Origin: Phyllosticta citribraziliensis
Taxonomy: Eukaryota
Assembly: GCF_038025025.1 (NCBI RefSeq)
Contig: NW_027117345.1
Coordinates: 1 to 64,000, forward strand
Length of the DNA: 64,000 nt
Reading direction: 5' to 3'
Part shown: piece by piece, positions 11,514-23,554 of the stretch
How the letters are laid out: each line of letters begins with the position of its first letter
Numbering within the stretch: position 1 is the stretch's first letter
Program-made: the position numbers and the translations under genes
Notes under the pieces: model-generated
Databases searched by the model: none
Told to the model about the DNA's origin: nothing
The model's input: the letters and a program-made list of their open reading frames with translations, nothing else

Positions 11514-12863
11514 ATGTCCTCAAGTACCGCCCGTCGATCCACGGCAGACCGTAATGCTATAGCTTCGAGCAGCAGGTCGGCTTACGAGAACATCAACGAA
11601 CCTCTCGATTACCAACCGCCATCCGCACCTCTCAACGCGTCCGGCCACCAGGCTCTTCGCAGCATCGCAACCCAACACCAGGACCGCCTGATTGCACACC
11701 TTCGCGCCGCCGCTGAGTATCTTGATTCTTCCGCGGGCCAGATCAACGAACGTCTCACCGAGCGCAACCAGGCTGCGCGTCTGAAGCGCAAACGCGACGG
11801 CAATGGAGAACAGACGGAGGAGTCACAAGCTTTGGCCGAGCACTTGTCCGAGTTTCAACCCAAGGTGGAGTTCATGACCAAGCGCATGGATGAGGCTCTA
11901 CGTCAGACGATAGATGGCAAAGAAATGGCAGCGCAGCTGGAAGCCGCGTTGAAAGGCGTCAAGGACCATACTGCAGGTGCTGCCAGCCAGGTCACGGCAT
12001 CACAGCGCTCCGAATGGGATCCAACGATGCCAGGTCAGACGCAAGATGGTGTGGCAGCTCCTTCTGAAAGATTCCGCCAGAGTTTCCAAGGCCAAAAGAA
12101 CAGATACAACTCCAAGTCGCTCAGAGTCCGCTACTCGGAGCATCCAGACTACGTCAAATTCAAGACCAGTGTCCACATGGCATTGCAATCTGGAGAACAA
12201 ATCGCGCCACTGCCCCACAAGAGTACCTGGTTTCAGGATGGCTCCAATGCAGACCAGGATGATGCGGACAGCGATGACATTGTCATGGAGGGCGAGAGCA
12301 TCAGGACCACCTGTCCCATTACGCTCGCCCCATTTCGCGAACCTCTCAGCAGCGACTTGTGTCCGCACCACTTTGAAAGGTCCGCCATTCTGGAGCTGAT
12401 TCGAAAGAGTCCCTTGACGTCGGAAAGGACGACACAGAGGGGTGCCACGCAAGTCAAGGTGGTCCAGTGCCCTACGCCCGGCTGCGACCAGGTACGTCTC
12501 AATTTGTTCTTTCGACATGCAAACAAACTGACTGGTTGATAGATGCTCTCCGAAAGCACGCTCAGCGTACGGCAATCCTTCATTCGCACGTTACGTCGCC
12601 TGGAACGCCTGCGAGAAGCTCGAAACAATGACTACGAAGACGAGGAAGATGGAGACGAGACCCGGCGAAGCAGGTCCATCGTTTTGGGATCAGATGACGG
12701 TTATGCAGACGTCGACGGTAACGTTGCGGCTGGCAGCAGTGGTCCACAGGTCAAAGTGTCGTCCAGCGCGGCTGCTCCGTCAGCGACGGCCAGAACAAAC
12801 AATGACGCGGACAACATCGTCGATCTTGGTAGCGAGACGGACGAGGAGGACGAAGAGGATTGA
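11514..12863 (+). CDS. MMS21: Smc5/6 complex SUMO E3 ligase Nse2/Mms21 (intron 12492-12542)
   Basis: Coiled-coil N-terminus, acidic DDIVMEG, then SP-RING TCPIT...CPHHFE..AI...QCPTPGC and an acidic tail. Confidence 0.87.
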
Positions 12864-13974
12864 AAACTTCAAGGCATGCGGCTTCCAGTGTAGCTACGGA
12901 CATTGGTCACTTCATGTTGCTATGCTCTGAGGCGTTGTGGTTACGCCAGCGAATGAAGCAGACTTCTTGAGACCTTTATGGCCCAGCTTCTTCCTTCACT
13001 CGCTACGATGGTGACATCTCCCCGGGACTCCGTTCATCTCACGGCGAGATTTCGCTGTCCTTTATCCACTTGGCCTCCCGGCTTCCGTCCTCGACTTTGT
13101 ACTCCCAAGCCCTCTGCTCCTTCACCAACTTGGCATCCACGACGACGTATTCCTTGGTGCTGCTCTCTTCGGAGACCGAGACTGTTGACCCGATCTTGTG
13201 CGCTTGAGCGGGCTACGCGATGGCGCGGTGGTCAGATGCCGGTCGTCGTCCATGAAGCAGCTGCGACTCACGAGACGTGGATTCGATCGGCGCTCTAGGC
13301 GTTGGCTGACGTCGCCGTTGGGATTGCCCTGAACGAGATGGCGACCGTGAGACAATGCCAATTCTTCAATGACAAAGAACAGTGTACGGTCTGCTCCGCC
13401 ACGTACCTCAATCATATTTCTTTGTTGTCGGCAGCTTCTTTGTGGTTCGGGTAACGGCTTTTCCTGGTCGAAGACGTTGCAGGCAAAAGACGTCTGATCG
13501 AGAGGAGCTTGTTTTGATTTCAAGGCACATGGACCGATGACGAGCTCGCGCGATAGATATGGAGCCCGCCTACGACCTTGCTGGAGCTGTTCAGCGACCC
13601 ACAGTTTCTCGCACCTGCCAGATTTGTTTAGCGTCAACCTGCTGCCACATGCCCTGCCTATCCTCTGCCAGCCGGGCACACGCTTCTTCCTTGATGCGAG
13701 CTCATGTCAGAGCGAGATAGAGGTCAACATGGGATGACGCCACGTCTGCTCGACTCAAAATTGCATACGCTACCTAGGCGCAAGCAAAAATCGTCGCAGG
13801 CTCTGGTGATTGACGCTTTGAGGCCACGAAATACGCAAGTCACGAAGGGACCATTTTCTGCGTCACCTCGCAAGCGCGCGCTTCTTGATCCTCTTGAGCA
13901 GTACTGGGGCTTCAATTCGCGTCATCCCATTTCTCACGTTTTTTGCCTTTCTTGTCGGTCCCACACTACCACAA

Positions 13975-14475
13975 ATTCCATGCACTCTCTACACCACAGA
14001 ACATGTCGGCGGCGCAATCAACCACATATCCTTCATCCTTGCCGCTCCCGCCCCCGGCTCTGCGGGCACTGCAACTCCCTCTACGTCTGACACGACAACG
14101 GGTTCTGGCGGCGCGCCCGCACCCCCATCCGCACCCGCACTCCCGACAAACACGACCACAACAACAACAACAACATGCACTGTGTACGACGTGAGTGGTA
14201 CCGTTCTGGCCGGCATGGTTTTCCGCATCCGCGCGTCGCACCCGTGGCCCAAGTGTGACCCGGCTTTTGTACCCGGCTCGCTCAAATACATCGGCTGTAC
14301 TGAAAATGCGAAACTGGGGCTCTGAGAAGAGATGTGTCGCGCTGTTGAACTGCCGCCCAAGCAGGTCCAATTGAATGGTGAGAGAATCGATAAGAGCAAG
14401 GAGGTCAGAAGATGTACTTGGTAGGTTCAAGAAGTCACAAAGGGGGCCGAGGCAAAAGGCCTGCTCGTGGAGTGA
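13975..14475 (+). pseudogene. DUF6540-like gene disrupted by two in-frame stops (TGA 14323-14325, TAG 14422-14424) and lacking an ATG
   Basis: One frame reads TLYTTEHVG..NHISFI...VYDVSGTVLAGMVFRIR...KYIG..*EEMCRAVELPPKQVQLNGERID..VRRCTW*VQEV..GLLVE*. This is protein-like across both stops and resembles DUF6540 (recalled pattern). Confidence 0.6.
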
Positions 14476-14995
14476 CGAGGGCGCGTGATGGAAGTTGAAA
14501 TTTGTCGATGTTCGAGGCCAAGGACGACAGCTTCGAATGGTTTGTTCACCCTTCAACTTCTCTTTCCGACTGGACGTTTCCTTGCTCTGTATCCTGGATC
14601 GGTGTTTTTACTACGAACTATTCGAATCTCATCATCCAAGGCTTATTGACAAACCCGGAACAGTGTGGGGAAACATTCTTGTTCGCTGTCCGCTCCGCAA
14701 CTCGTTCCACTGCGATATCTCTTTCCGACCCGCCATAGGCAGTCGCTTTTCTGAACACGTCGAGTAATTCGGCCTTGTCACTATTTGCGTTCAACAGAAG
14801 CGCGTTGTCTCTTTAAGTACAACCCCAGAGCCCGAGTCGACACAACGAGGCTAAATGAGCACACGATGCTGATCCCAAGACATCTGTCGGTCCCGCTTCT
14901 CCAGGCCGGTATACTCTTGTCCTGCTGAACTTTCTTCCTCCGGCCCATGTGCTCATCGGGCAGATTACGTCGGAACTCCGGTCTCGTCACTGGTT

Positions 14996-16105
14996 CTACT
15001 TTGGCATCTCTGTGGAGCCTCTCCTGCTGACGCCTTCCTCGATATTTTTGGGTTTGCAGTCTTTCCGTCGTTTCGCCAAATGCCTCAGCGCAAAAATCGT
15101 CTCTCTCAATCCCATGAACACGAAAAGAGCAAGCAGCGAAATTGCAATGATACAGATGACAAGCAAAATGGCAACGCATACGCCCTCTCCCACTCTGTAC
15201 AGTGGCCTCCAGTTGTCATGGATAGTGCCAAGTCCATCTCGTGACTCGAATCCCAGCTGTATGGCGTTGATCATGATGGTGAGAAGTCCGAAGATGAACA
15301 GCAAAGGACCGTAAAAGCGACCAAAGTATGCGTCATAATTGCCGTATGCCTTGAAAAAGGAGAATTCTCCGAGGACGAATTTGGCCCAGAAGTTGAGGCG
15401 ACCGAGACGCAGGTCACCGTATTGGAATCGGCGGGAAACGTCCGCATCGTCCACGTCGAAATCTTCCATGAATCTGATGAACGAAGCGAAGTCTATCTTT
15501 GGCTTTTCGTTCCCGTTTGCGCTTGTATCCTGGGAAGTGTTGCAGTCAACAGGAACTAGACCCTTTTGAACGGCAAGAGCAAAGTCTGATGGATACTGAA
15601 TCAAGAATCGGTAGCTCCGCATGAAGCCCAACAGCGATCGATGGATGTTTTCGGCCTCCAAATCTTCGCCTTCGGTCCGCGCATCCTTCGCAAAACACGC
15701 TTTCCAAAATGCACTCGAAAGGAGGAACGGCGGTATTGGCTTGATGAATATCCTCTTGTCGTGCCAGACAAGGTGCAGCTCTGGTCTCTCCGTCACTGTT
15801 ATTTCGCGGCCCCGGACGATTTGGTGCGTCAAATCAGAGATGTGCGTGCTGTCTTGCGTCGCTACAAGCCACAGCCACGGGGTAAATTTATCCAGTCGAG
15901 GCGTGTGAAAGTCTTTCTTGAGGAACTTCAGAACGTCGCTCCGAGTCAGCCGCGTTTGGGGACGGCTGGGAAGCCGCTTTGGAGTGCTGTCTGTTCCTTG
16001 TGTCTGCCAATCGACATCTGAAGGGATCAAGTCATCGAGCCCTTGAAAGAGACTACCGTTCGGCATGGGGAGGTCTTCCTGCTCTTGCCTGGATGTGGAT
16101 GCCAT
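14996..16105 (-). CDS. DUF6601-like fungal membrane protein, 369 aa
   Basis: Motifs HQIVRGREITVTERPELHLVW..RIFIKPIPPFLL, GFMRSYRFLIQYPSDFALA and FQYGDLRLGRLN, plus two C-terminal hydrophobic helices. Confidence 0.8.
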   Translation of the reverse strand: MASTSRQEQEDLPMPNGSLFQGLDDLIPSDVDWQTQGTDSTPKRLPSRPQTRLTRSDVLKFLKKDFHTPRLDKFTPWLWLVATQDSTHISDLTHQIVRGREITVTERPELHLVWHDKRIFIKPIPPFLLSSAFWKACFAKDARTEGEDLEAENIHRSLLGFMRSYRFLIQYPSDFALAVQKGLVPVDCNTSQDTSANGNEKPKIDFASFIRFMEDFDVDDADVSRRFQYGDLRLGRLNFWAKFVLGEFSFFKAYGNYDAYFGRFYGPLLFIFGLLTIMINAIQLGFESRDGLGTIHDNWRPLYRVGEGVCVAILLVICIIAISLLALFVFMGLRETIFALRHLAKRRKDCKPKNIEEGVSRRGSTEMPK

Positions 16106-17175
16106 GATGGTGGGAGTGATTCAGGTTTCCCTGCGAGTCGAATTCAGCCCCTATTTGTCGGACAGACAACACAGGTAACTGCACTATGAACAAACGGGAA
16201 AAACTCTCAATGGCCTTCAGCGGCACAGAACAAGCGGAGTTCAGGTTCTGTTCAATATCTGGCTGATGCGGTTGACGAGACCCACAGCGGGTCGACCTGA
16301 TCCATATGGATCAGGGGCGCTTGTATGTGACAGCCACAATGCGTAAGGAAAGCCCCTGGAATCGTGGCGGCACCCAATGAGCATTTGTTCACTAGCACAG
16401 TTGCGTCTCGATCTGCGGCCAGGGCTTGTCACTCATGTTGACACCCACCGTGAAGCAAATGAGAGACAGTAGGTGGGCGTCTGTCACTCATTTGACTGGC
16501 TATCGGGCTGCCGCGATCGCAAAGCAGGCTTCGCGAGCTGTAAGCGCCACATAGTTCCTATACATGTGCAGCAGGTGTTACAGGTCAAGATGATGCAAGG
16601 TAGAGACGATAGGCTACAAGGGTCACTGTTGAAAAAGCTGACTCCTGTACAGTTGGGTATCGAATCACAGGCTGGTACGGAGTACTTGCCAGTTGAGTTT
16701 ATGAAGCCAGGCCTGGCTCATTCCAGGTGGCATCACGTAATTCGCATTGACCGTTTCCACTGTCTAATTGTGGTTGACTGTCTCTGAAAAGCCCTGAGCA
16801 AAGACTTCTCTGTTTTACCGTGGACCAGGCCAACACAAGAACGACTTTCGCACACACCACCCTCAAACCTAGACTGTGATCCGTTTCGGACTCTTGTAGA
16901 CGCAAATATTCTCGACTCGATAAGGAGCACCTCTCTCGGTTCGGCTCGAAATCTATTCGCGGACAGCGCGTAATCAACCCACACCACATGCAGTAGCCAG
17001 TTGCGGTGCATAGTGCCGTTGACGCACACAGGCGCTTATATAGGCTTGTGTGGACCCCACTTGCTATTCTTTGCTTTGCTCACCACCGTCGACGAGACGA
17101 CAACACCTACCTCGGACTGAACAACTTCCGGGCACTTCGCAGCTTTCCATCGGACACACCGCGAGACATGACAAA

Positions 17176-20100
17176 ATGATCCCACCGACCATTTGGATCG
17201 GGCCAGTGGCCTACTTTGTTCGTTCAATATTCTCTTCGTCCTTATTCCACCGTCTTTGGTCTGCGTCTATTCTCGCACTTCTTCTGTTACTTGAAGTCTC
17301 TTCCCTTCAAGCTAGCTGGAGCGCTGCCGCTTTCTATTGGCTTCTTGCAGCAATAGACTCTGTGCTTGTCCTGCTTCTTTCCCCGGCTCAGACGCTCGTC
17401 TTTCGAGAAAAGGTAGCAGAAAGCGCTCCGAGGAGGTATGAGGAATGGCCGAAGCTGGAGAAAGCGAAATTCGAGTGGGCATCCTACCAAACTTGCGACA
17501 ACTTGGCTGCTGATGAGATTCCATCACAGCGTTGTGGCCGTCCATGGTCTCGGATCAAAGCCCCAATCGGCCTGGACGAATGAAAAGCGCGATAAGCTCT
17601 GGCTTCGCGACTTCCTGCCATACGAGAAAGACCTCAAAGTTCGTGTCATCGCCCATTATCATAGTTCGCATTGGAGCTCCAACGCGCTTCTTTTGTCAGT
17701 GGAGGATCTGGCTCGAGATCTTCTCCAAGCCATTGACATGAGTCGGTCAAATCTAAGCGTAAGAACGGCTTCGAACACCATTTCGGCTCTTGCTGATGAG
17801 GCATGGATTTAGGAACCCGAGCGACTCTCAAGGCCCATAGTTTTCGTCGGCTACAGTTTTGGTGGTATCATCATCAAGAAAGTGAGCTTCACTCCTGCTC
17901 GTACGCTCTTTCACTACATGAGCCCATCGTACCATCCTTCTGACAACTTTCGAGGCTTTCTTGATGAACAAAGGCCGCCATAGACAGATTTTTGATCCCG
18001 ATGCAGTTGGATGTATCTTCCTTGGAACGCCCCATGGCGGATCTCCACTCACCTTCGCCGGAATTTTGATGTCCTTACTTGGATATTGGTCCGGATCAGA
18101 AACAAGATTACTGGAAGCGATCAAGCCTAGCTCGAAAGAGAACAAAGCCCTTCACAGCGATTTTAAGAGCAAATTTCCCGACATGCGTAACAAATTAGTC
18201 AATTTCTTCGAAGTTGCGCCCGAGTATCTTGGCCCCTTCCCACTCACACAGGTAATTCCACTCCTTTGTGGCTCGAAGGCCATTATTCTGATGAGTTCAG
18301 GTCGTCGATAAAGAATCTGCCACATTAGACGGCTACGAGGAAGTCTCTTTCAAAAGCAGCCACAGAAACATGCAGAGACTTGACAAGGGAGACCAAGCTT
18401 ATGAAGACTTGGTGTTCTGGATCAGGAAATTGGCCGGGGGTGCCGAAACTGAAGCAGGGAATGGTGCGACTGAATGGTTACATTCCGAAATACATCATAC
18501 TGATTCAACTGCTTCCGATAGCAGCTCTCCAAGTTCAGCAAAAACAAAACGAGTGCTTCGATAGACTCCCGTATGCGGAAACGGCAGGGCACAACGATCG
18601 CGGTCTCGGGGTTGACAAATGCCTTAACGGTACACGGGAGGAGCTCCTCAAAGATATCCGCAAGTGGCTCGAAGATCCCGAAGGTGAAAGACTTTTTGGG
18701 CTTGAAGGCATGGCAGGAACAGGAAAGTCTACTATTGGTTGCAGCGTTGCAAAAGATGCCCCGAAAGATGTTGCCGTGGCAAGCTTCTTCTTCCAAAGAG
18801 GCAGTGGTGAACGGGGCAGGGCAAGCAGCTTTGTTACTACGATCGTTCAACAACTGGCTCGCCATCCCCGACTACAGTCGACTTTGGCCGCCGCCGCTGC
18901 AAGCGACCACCGGATAGCAACGACAAATCTCTCATATCAATGGACGAAACTTATCCAAGAGCCACTTGCGAAGTTGGAAACCCCGCGTATTCTTTTGGTA
19001 ATAGATGCTGTCGACGAATGCGAGGACAGTTTCCAAGAAAAAGGAGCTCTCTCGAATCTTCTATTACAGGAAGACAATTTCAAGGGTCTCAACCTGAAAT
19101 TCTTCGTCACAGCTCGTCCACAAGAGCTCGTTCTTCAGGGATGTCAAAGAAGGAAAATCCTGCACAATGTGCCCACTGGCGACGTGGAAAAAGACATTCG
19201 TCTGCTTTTACGGGTCCGATTCTCTGAATTCCGAGAGAGAGGCGCCGAGTGGCCCGAGAATGAGGAGGAATTCGACATTGTCATCGAAGTCCTCGCCAAG
19301 CGTTCTACACCACTCTTCATCGCCGCGATGACCAGTTACAAATTTGTCACACTGAATAAATTTCAACCCAGAAAACGGTTTGAGCTTCTTCGCAGAAACT
19401 CGGAGGCCTCAAAACCAGAACCAGAACTTGACGTCAAATACCTTACCATCATTAGGTATGCCATCGCAAGCGGCGGCGTGGACACGAGAGACGAGATCAT
19501 GCCAATGTATCGTACCATCATTGGCTCGGTGGTGACGCTCAAGGACACTCTCGTGGCAGAGGATCTCGCGAAACTTATTTCAGAGGAATGTGGCGTCGTG
19601 AAGAGGTTCCTCGCAGAGTTCTCGGCGGTCTTGGTCGTTTCTAAGCCAACGGAACCGGTATCAATTTTCCACGAATCCTTTCGCGACTTCGTTCTCGATC
19701 AGAATAGGCACCAGAAGGCTGCAACATTGACCAAGCATGAGGGAGACCTGAACTTTGACCCGAAAGACTTGTGGATCGACGAGCGAAAGGCCCACGCCGA
19801 CCTTTTGCACCACTGTCTCCGCACCATGGGAAAATACTTGAAAGAAGACATTTGCAACTTACGAGTCCCCGATGCCGCGGCTTCGGAAGTCTCTCAAGAG
19901 CAGCTACAAATTCATATCCCAGCGCATGTGCGCTATGCCTGCAGGTATTGGATTGTCCATTTCTTGAGCTGCTGCAAGTCCGGAGACAAAGAGTGCGGGA
20001 AAGTGCTCGAGTTTCTAAAGAAGCACTTATTACATTGGCTCGAGGCAATGAGCTGTTTTAACAGCATGGCCGAAACTGTGAAAATGACCAATGATCTCAA

Positions 20101-22435
20101 GCAGTATTTGAAGAAGTCTCTAGGTCATGGCAGTGCCTCTCTATCCTCTGAACTGCTCGAGTTCGTCCTCGAGTCACAGCGATTCCTTCGATACAACAAA
20201 CAAGCTTTTGAAAAATGGCCACTTCAGCTATACAGCTCGGCTCTTTTATTCTGCCCAGAAAAATCTCCGATCCGAGACCTTTTCTTCAGACGGCCAGCAT
20301 GGATTGTCAATCAGCCCAGTGTCTCAAAAGAATGGAGCGCGACTGTTCAAGTACTTGAAGGCCACGAGGAACCGGTCACTCAAATCGCCTTCTCTTCCTG
20401 CGGCACCAGCATTGTGTCCTGGTCAATGGATAACGAAATGATCATATGGGACGCTGAAACTGGGAATCTTCGAGGTCGACGGAGAATTCAAGGGTTCACA
20501 CGACAGAGTCCCCCTTCCTCCTTTGCAGTGTCGACGGATGTCCTCGTTTATCCTCTCAGCGACAACAGACTCGGACTATTGAACGTCAAGGAGATGGAAG
20601 AGCTAGGACAGTTAAAGGGCTTTTGTCCGAAGTTCTCCCCTGATGGCACTATACTTGCAGTCTTGTCTGAATCAAACGAAATATTCATATGGAGGATTAC
20701 GGACACGAAAACCTTTCCCACATTACAAACGATGCTTCAACTTCAACTAGAAGACTGCGAGTCCCTGATTGTAGAGACCTTTTTTAATGCCAGTGGAAGC
20801 TACTTCACTGCTTTATCACGTCTTGTTGAAGGTAAGTACATTACCCGAGTGTGGAGTACAGAGACTTGGGAAATCTGCTTGGAGTTTTCAGACTCTCTCG
20901 AACCTGGAAGGTCATGTCGCGGATCTTCCTTGTTTCACCCAAGTGGCAAATTCCTGATCAGTGGATTGAGATCTTCTAAAACTAAGCTCTGGGACATCGA
21001 AAACCAGCGTTTAGTAAGAATTATCATAAATCCATCCAACTATGGTCCTGTTTCTGCTGGGTACGTCGACTTACTTTCAAATGCTTTCAACGACGTCGCA
21101 AATCCATCGCACGAGCCGGAGAAACTGCAAGAAACTGAGGGTCCAGATACTCCCCACAGAATTCCTATGCATGTCTCAATCTCTCCGAACGGCAAGACCC
21201 TCGCCGAGGTGTCACTTCGGACCAAACGCTGTGTCAGGGTTTGGGATATAGACCTTGGCGCCCCTGTCAATACACTCAGCGGACAAGGAGGAGCTTTGTG
21301 GTCTCTGGCCTTCTCACCAGATAGCAATCTACTTGCCTCCGGCGGACAAGACAAGGACATTCGGGTGTGGGACTTACAGCCACGCATGCGAAAACCTGAA
21401 CAGCGCCCCCAAAACTCTATGGCTACTGCCATCTCGCCTAATGGAGACCTATTTGCGGTCGCTGTGTGGGATTCGGCATTGAAGTCCTCGACAATCCAGA
21501 TTTGGAACATAGGTGCTGAGGAAAAACTATGCAATCTGCCCGTACTGCGGTCCAGCCCCCCTGAAGGACTCTTCTTCTCCTCAAACAGCAGAGTCTTGGC
21601 CAGTCAATACGAGGAAGGAGACTGGGGCGGACGGCCAGTGGCAATTTGGGACCTACTAACAGGAGAGCTATCGAAGCAAACGACGATCAAGGAGTTCAGC
21701 AAATCCGAGTCTAAAGAAGCCAACCAAGACGATCTACCAAAATGGTGGGATTCTATGATAGACAAACCCTTAGTGCGTCTGCTCAACGTGGATCGTCCGC
21801 TGAAATTTGCTTTCCACAGTGGTATAAGAACAAGGTTTAAAAAACCAGAAGTAAGGCCTGCGTCTCTCCGATGGAAGCTCAGAGACCGTTACCATTCGGA
21901 CTTTGCGTTCTCTCCATCAGAAAGAGTTTTGGTAACCACGCACGATGAGCCGTACAAGAACACTTCAGTCGGCGAGGTCCGCGTATGGGATATCCTTGAC
22001 GGCTCCACGTTCAAAGAGCGCTGCTGCTTTCGACTTCGAAATTGTATCGACCGAATAAAGTTCTGTTCTGGTGGCTGCTGTCTCATTTCATCGACCGGCG
22101 TTTTTCATCCGTCCGGTGTTCAATCTGAGAGCTTCAAAACCTGCCCCGATGGAAAGTTGCCAATTTTGTACTCTGAAGACTGGTTGCTATGGCGTGGAAA
22201 ACGCCTGTTATGGCTACCAATTGAGTATCGGCCAGCTTACAACCTTTGTCATACTGTGGGACTTGCTGTTTACAAGAACGTTGTGGCCATTGCTCCGGTG
22301 GAAATGGATGTTTACTTTCTAAAGCTGGACTCTGTTCGTCTCGACGAGATGTTCGAGAAAATGAAATCGGCTGGAAAGACCCGGGAGATAGATGCAAGGG
22401 GATTCGACAGAGGCGACGGCGTGTTTTGGTACTAG
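17176..22435 (+). CDS. Fungal NLR: N-terminal TM segments, SesB-like alpha/beta hydrolase, NACHT and WD40 repeats; about 6 exons
   Basis: Spliced exons give DVVAVHGLG, LWLRDFLP, RPIVFVGYSFGGIIIKK and IFLGTPHGGS. The long exon has Walker A GMAGTGKS, Walker B LLVIDAVDEC, FHESFRDF, YACRYW, LEGH..VTQIAFS and LASGGQDKDIRVWD. Confidence 0.9.
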
Positions 22436-23554
22436 GCAATCTCGGTCGCATCTACTTCGCCTACATTCTCTGTTTGCTATGAACCTGTCTTGAATCCATC
22501 TTTTCCTGTTCAACTACCAACTCTTCCCAGTAGCTGATGCCCAGTGGTCTCCCCCATCCATTGAAAAGGTGAACCGCCACGACTTATTCAATTGACAACA
22601 TTCCATCCACACCCAATCATTTAATCAGTCACTTGCGCAGCGCAACCAAGACAATCCGCAGAACTGACCCTGAGACCCGTACCAGTCAAGATGCACCGAG
22701 CACCCAGTCGCCGGACAGGACAATGCGCGTCTGGCTCCAACAGTCGCTCAGTGACTTGCGCAGGGCAGCTCGCTTCGTCGTGTCCGACAATGCCACAGCA
22801 TGTTTCGAGTCACAAGCCACTGATCACGCTCAGAGAGGCATGGTCCACCACAATAGAAGCTACCCAAATATCTCTGGTTCGCCAACAAGCGGGTCCGCGC
22901 AGACAGCTGCGCAAAAGCTTTGTTCTGCGACATATGCGGCACGGGAGCCATAGTCCATCACTGGAGCTGTACACAGTGAAACTCTCCCTTCCCGCAACCA
23001 CCGCCGTGAAATCCCAGACAACAAGCAGCTGAACTTTCACCAGGAGCAGAGCCAGACGATTCGCCGTCACTGCGCTCGCAGAGTAGAGAAGAAGGCACGT
23101 TGGAGCGACTTGCAGTTTATTTCAGTCCAGTCCAGTCAAAGCAGACAGGGGCAGAGTGGAATAGAGGCAGGCTACATACCCACCAGGTCGAGTCAACGCA
23201 GCACCACACTGCCGACTGCAATCCAAACGGCATACTACCAGCAGGCATAGCTTACATGGCATCAACAGCAAAATGCATCATCTTCGTCCGCACACACCAC
23301 AATCTCTTCTCTTCTCTCATATTCGTTCGAAATAGTCTCGATAATACCTCGGTAGTCATCCATCCATTCATCCTTCCATCAAATAAAAAGCGAGTACATA
23401 CACGAAAAAAGCTCCTACTTTTTTGTGAAAGACCTCAAACTACCGGTCCAAACCCAATCGAGCCAACTACATGTGAAAAGGTGGTGCGTGCTTCCAGCAA
23501 CATGTCGCCACATCCGATCATTCAATGCATAAAAATCCTCAAGGCGCCTCCACC

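Noticed and set aside
20340..22400. HET-E-type highly conserved WD40 tandem array, or an adjacent amyloid-signalling partner for the NLR
   Set aside because: The repeats are divergent, and no G/N/Q-rich amyloid motif or HeLo/gasdermin neighbour was seen.
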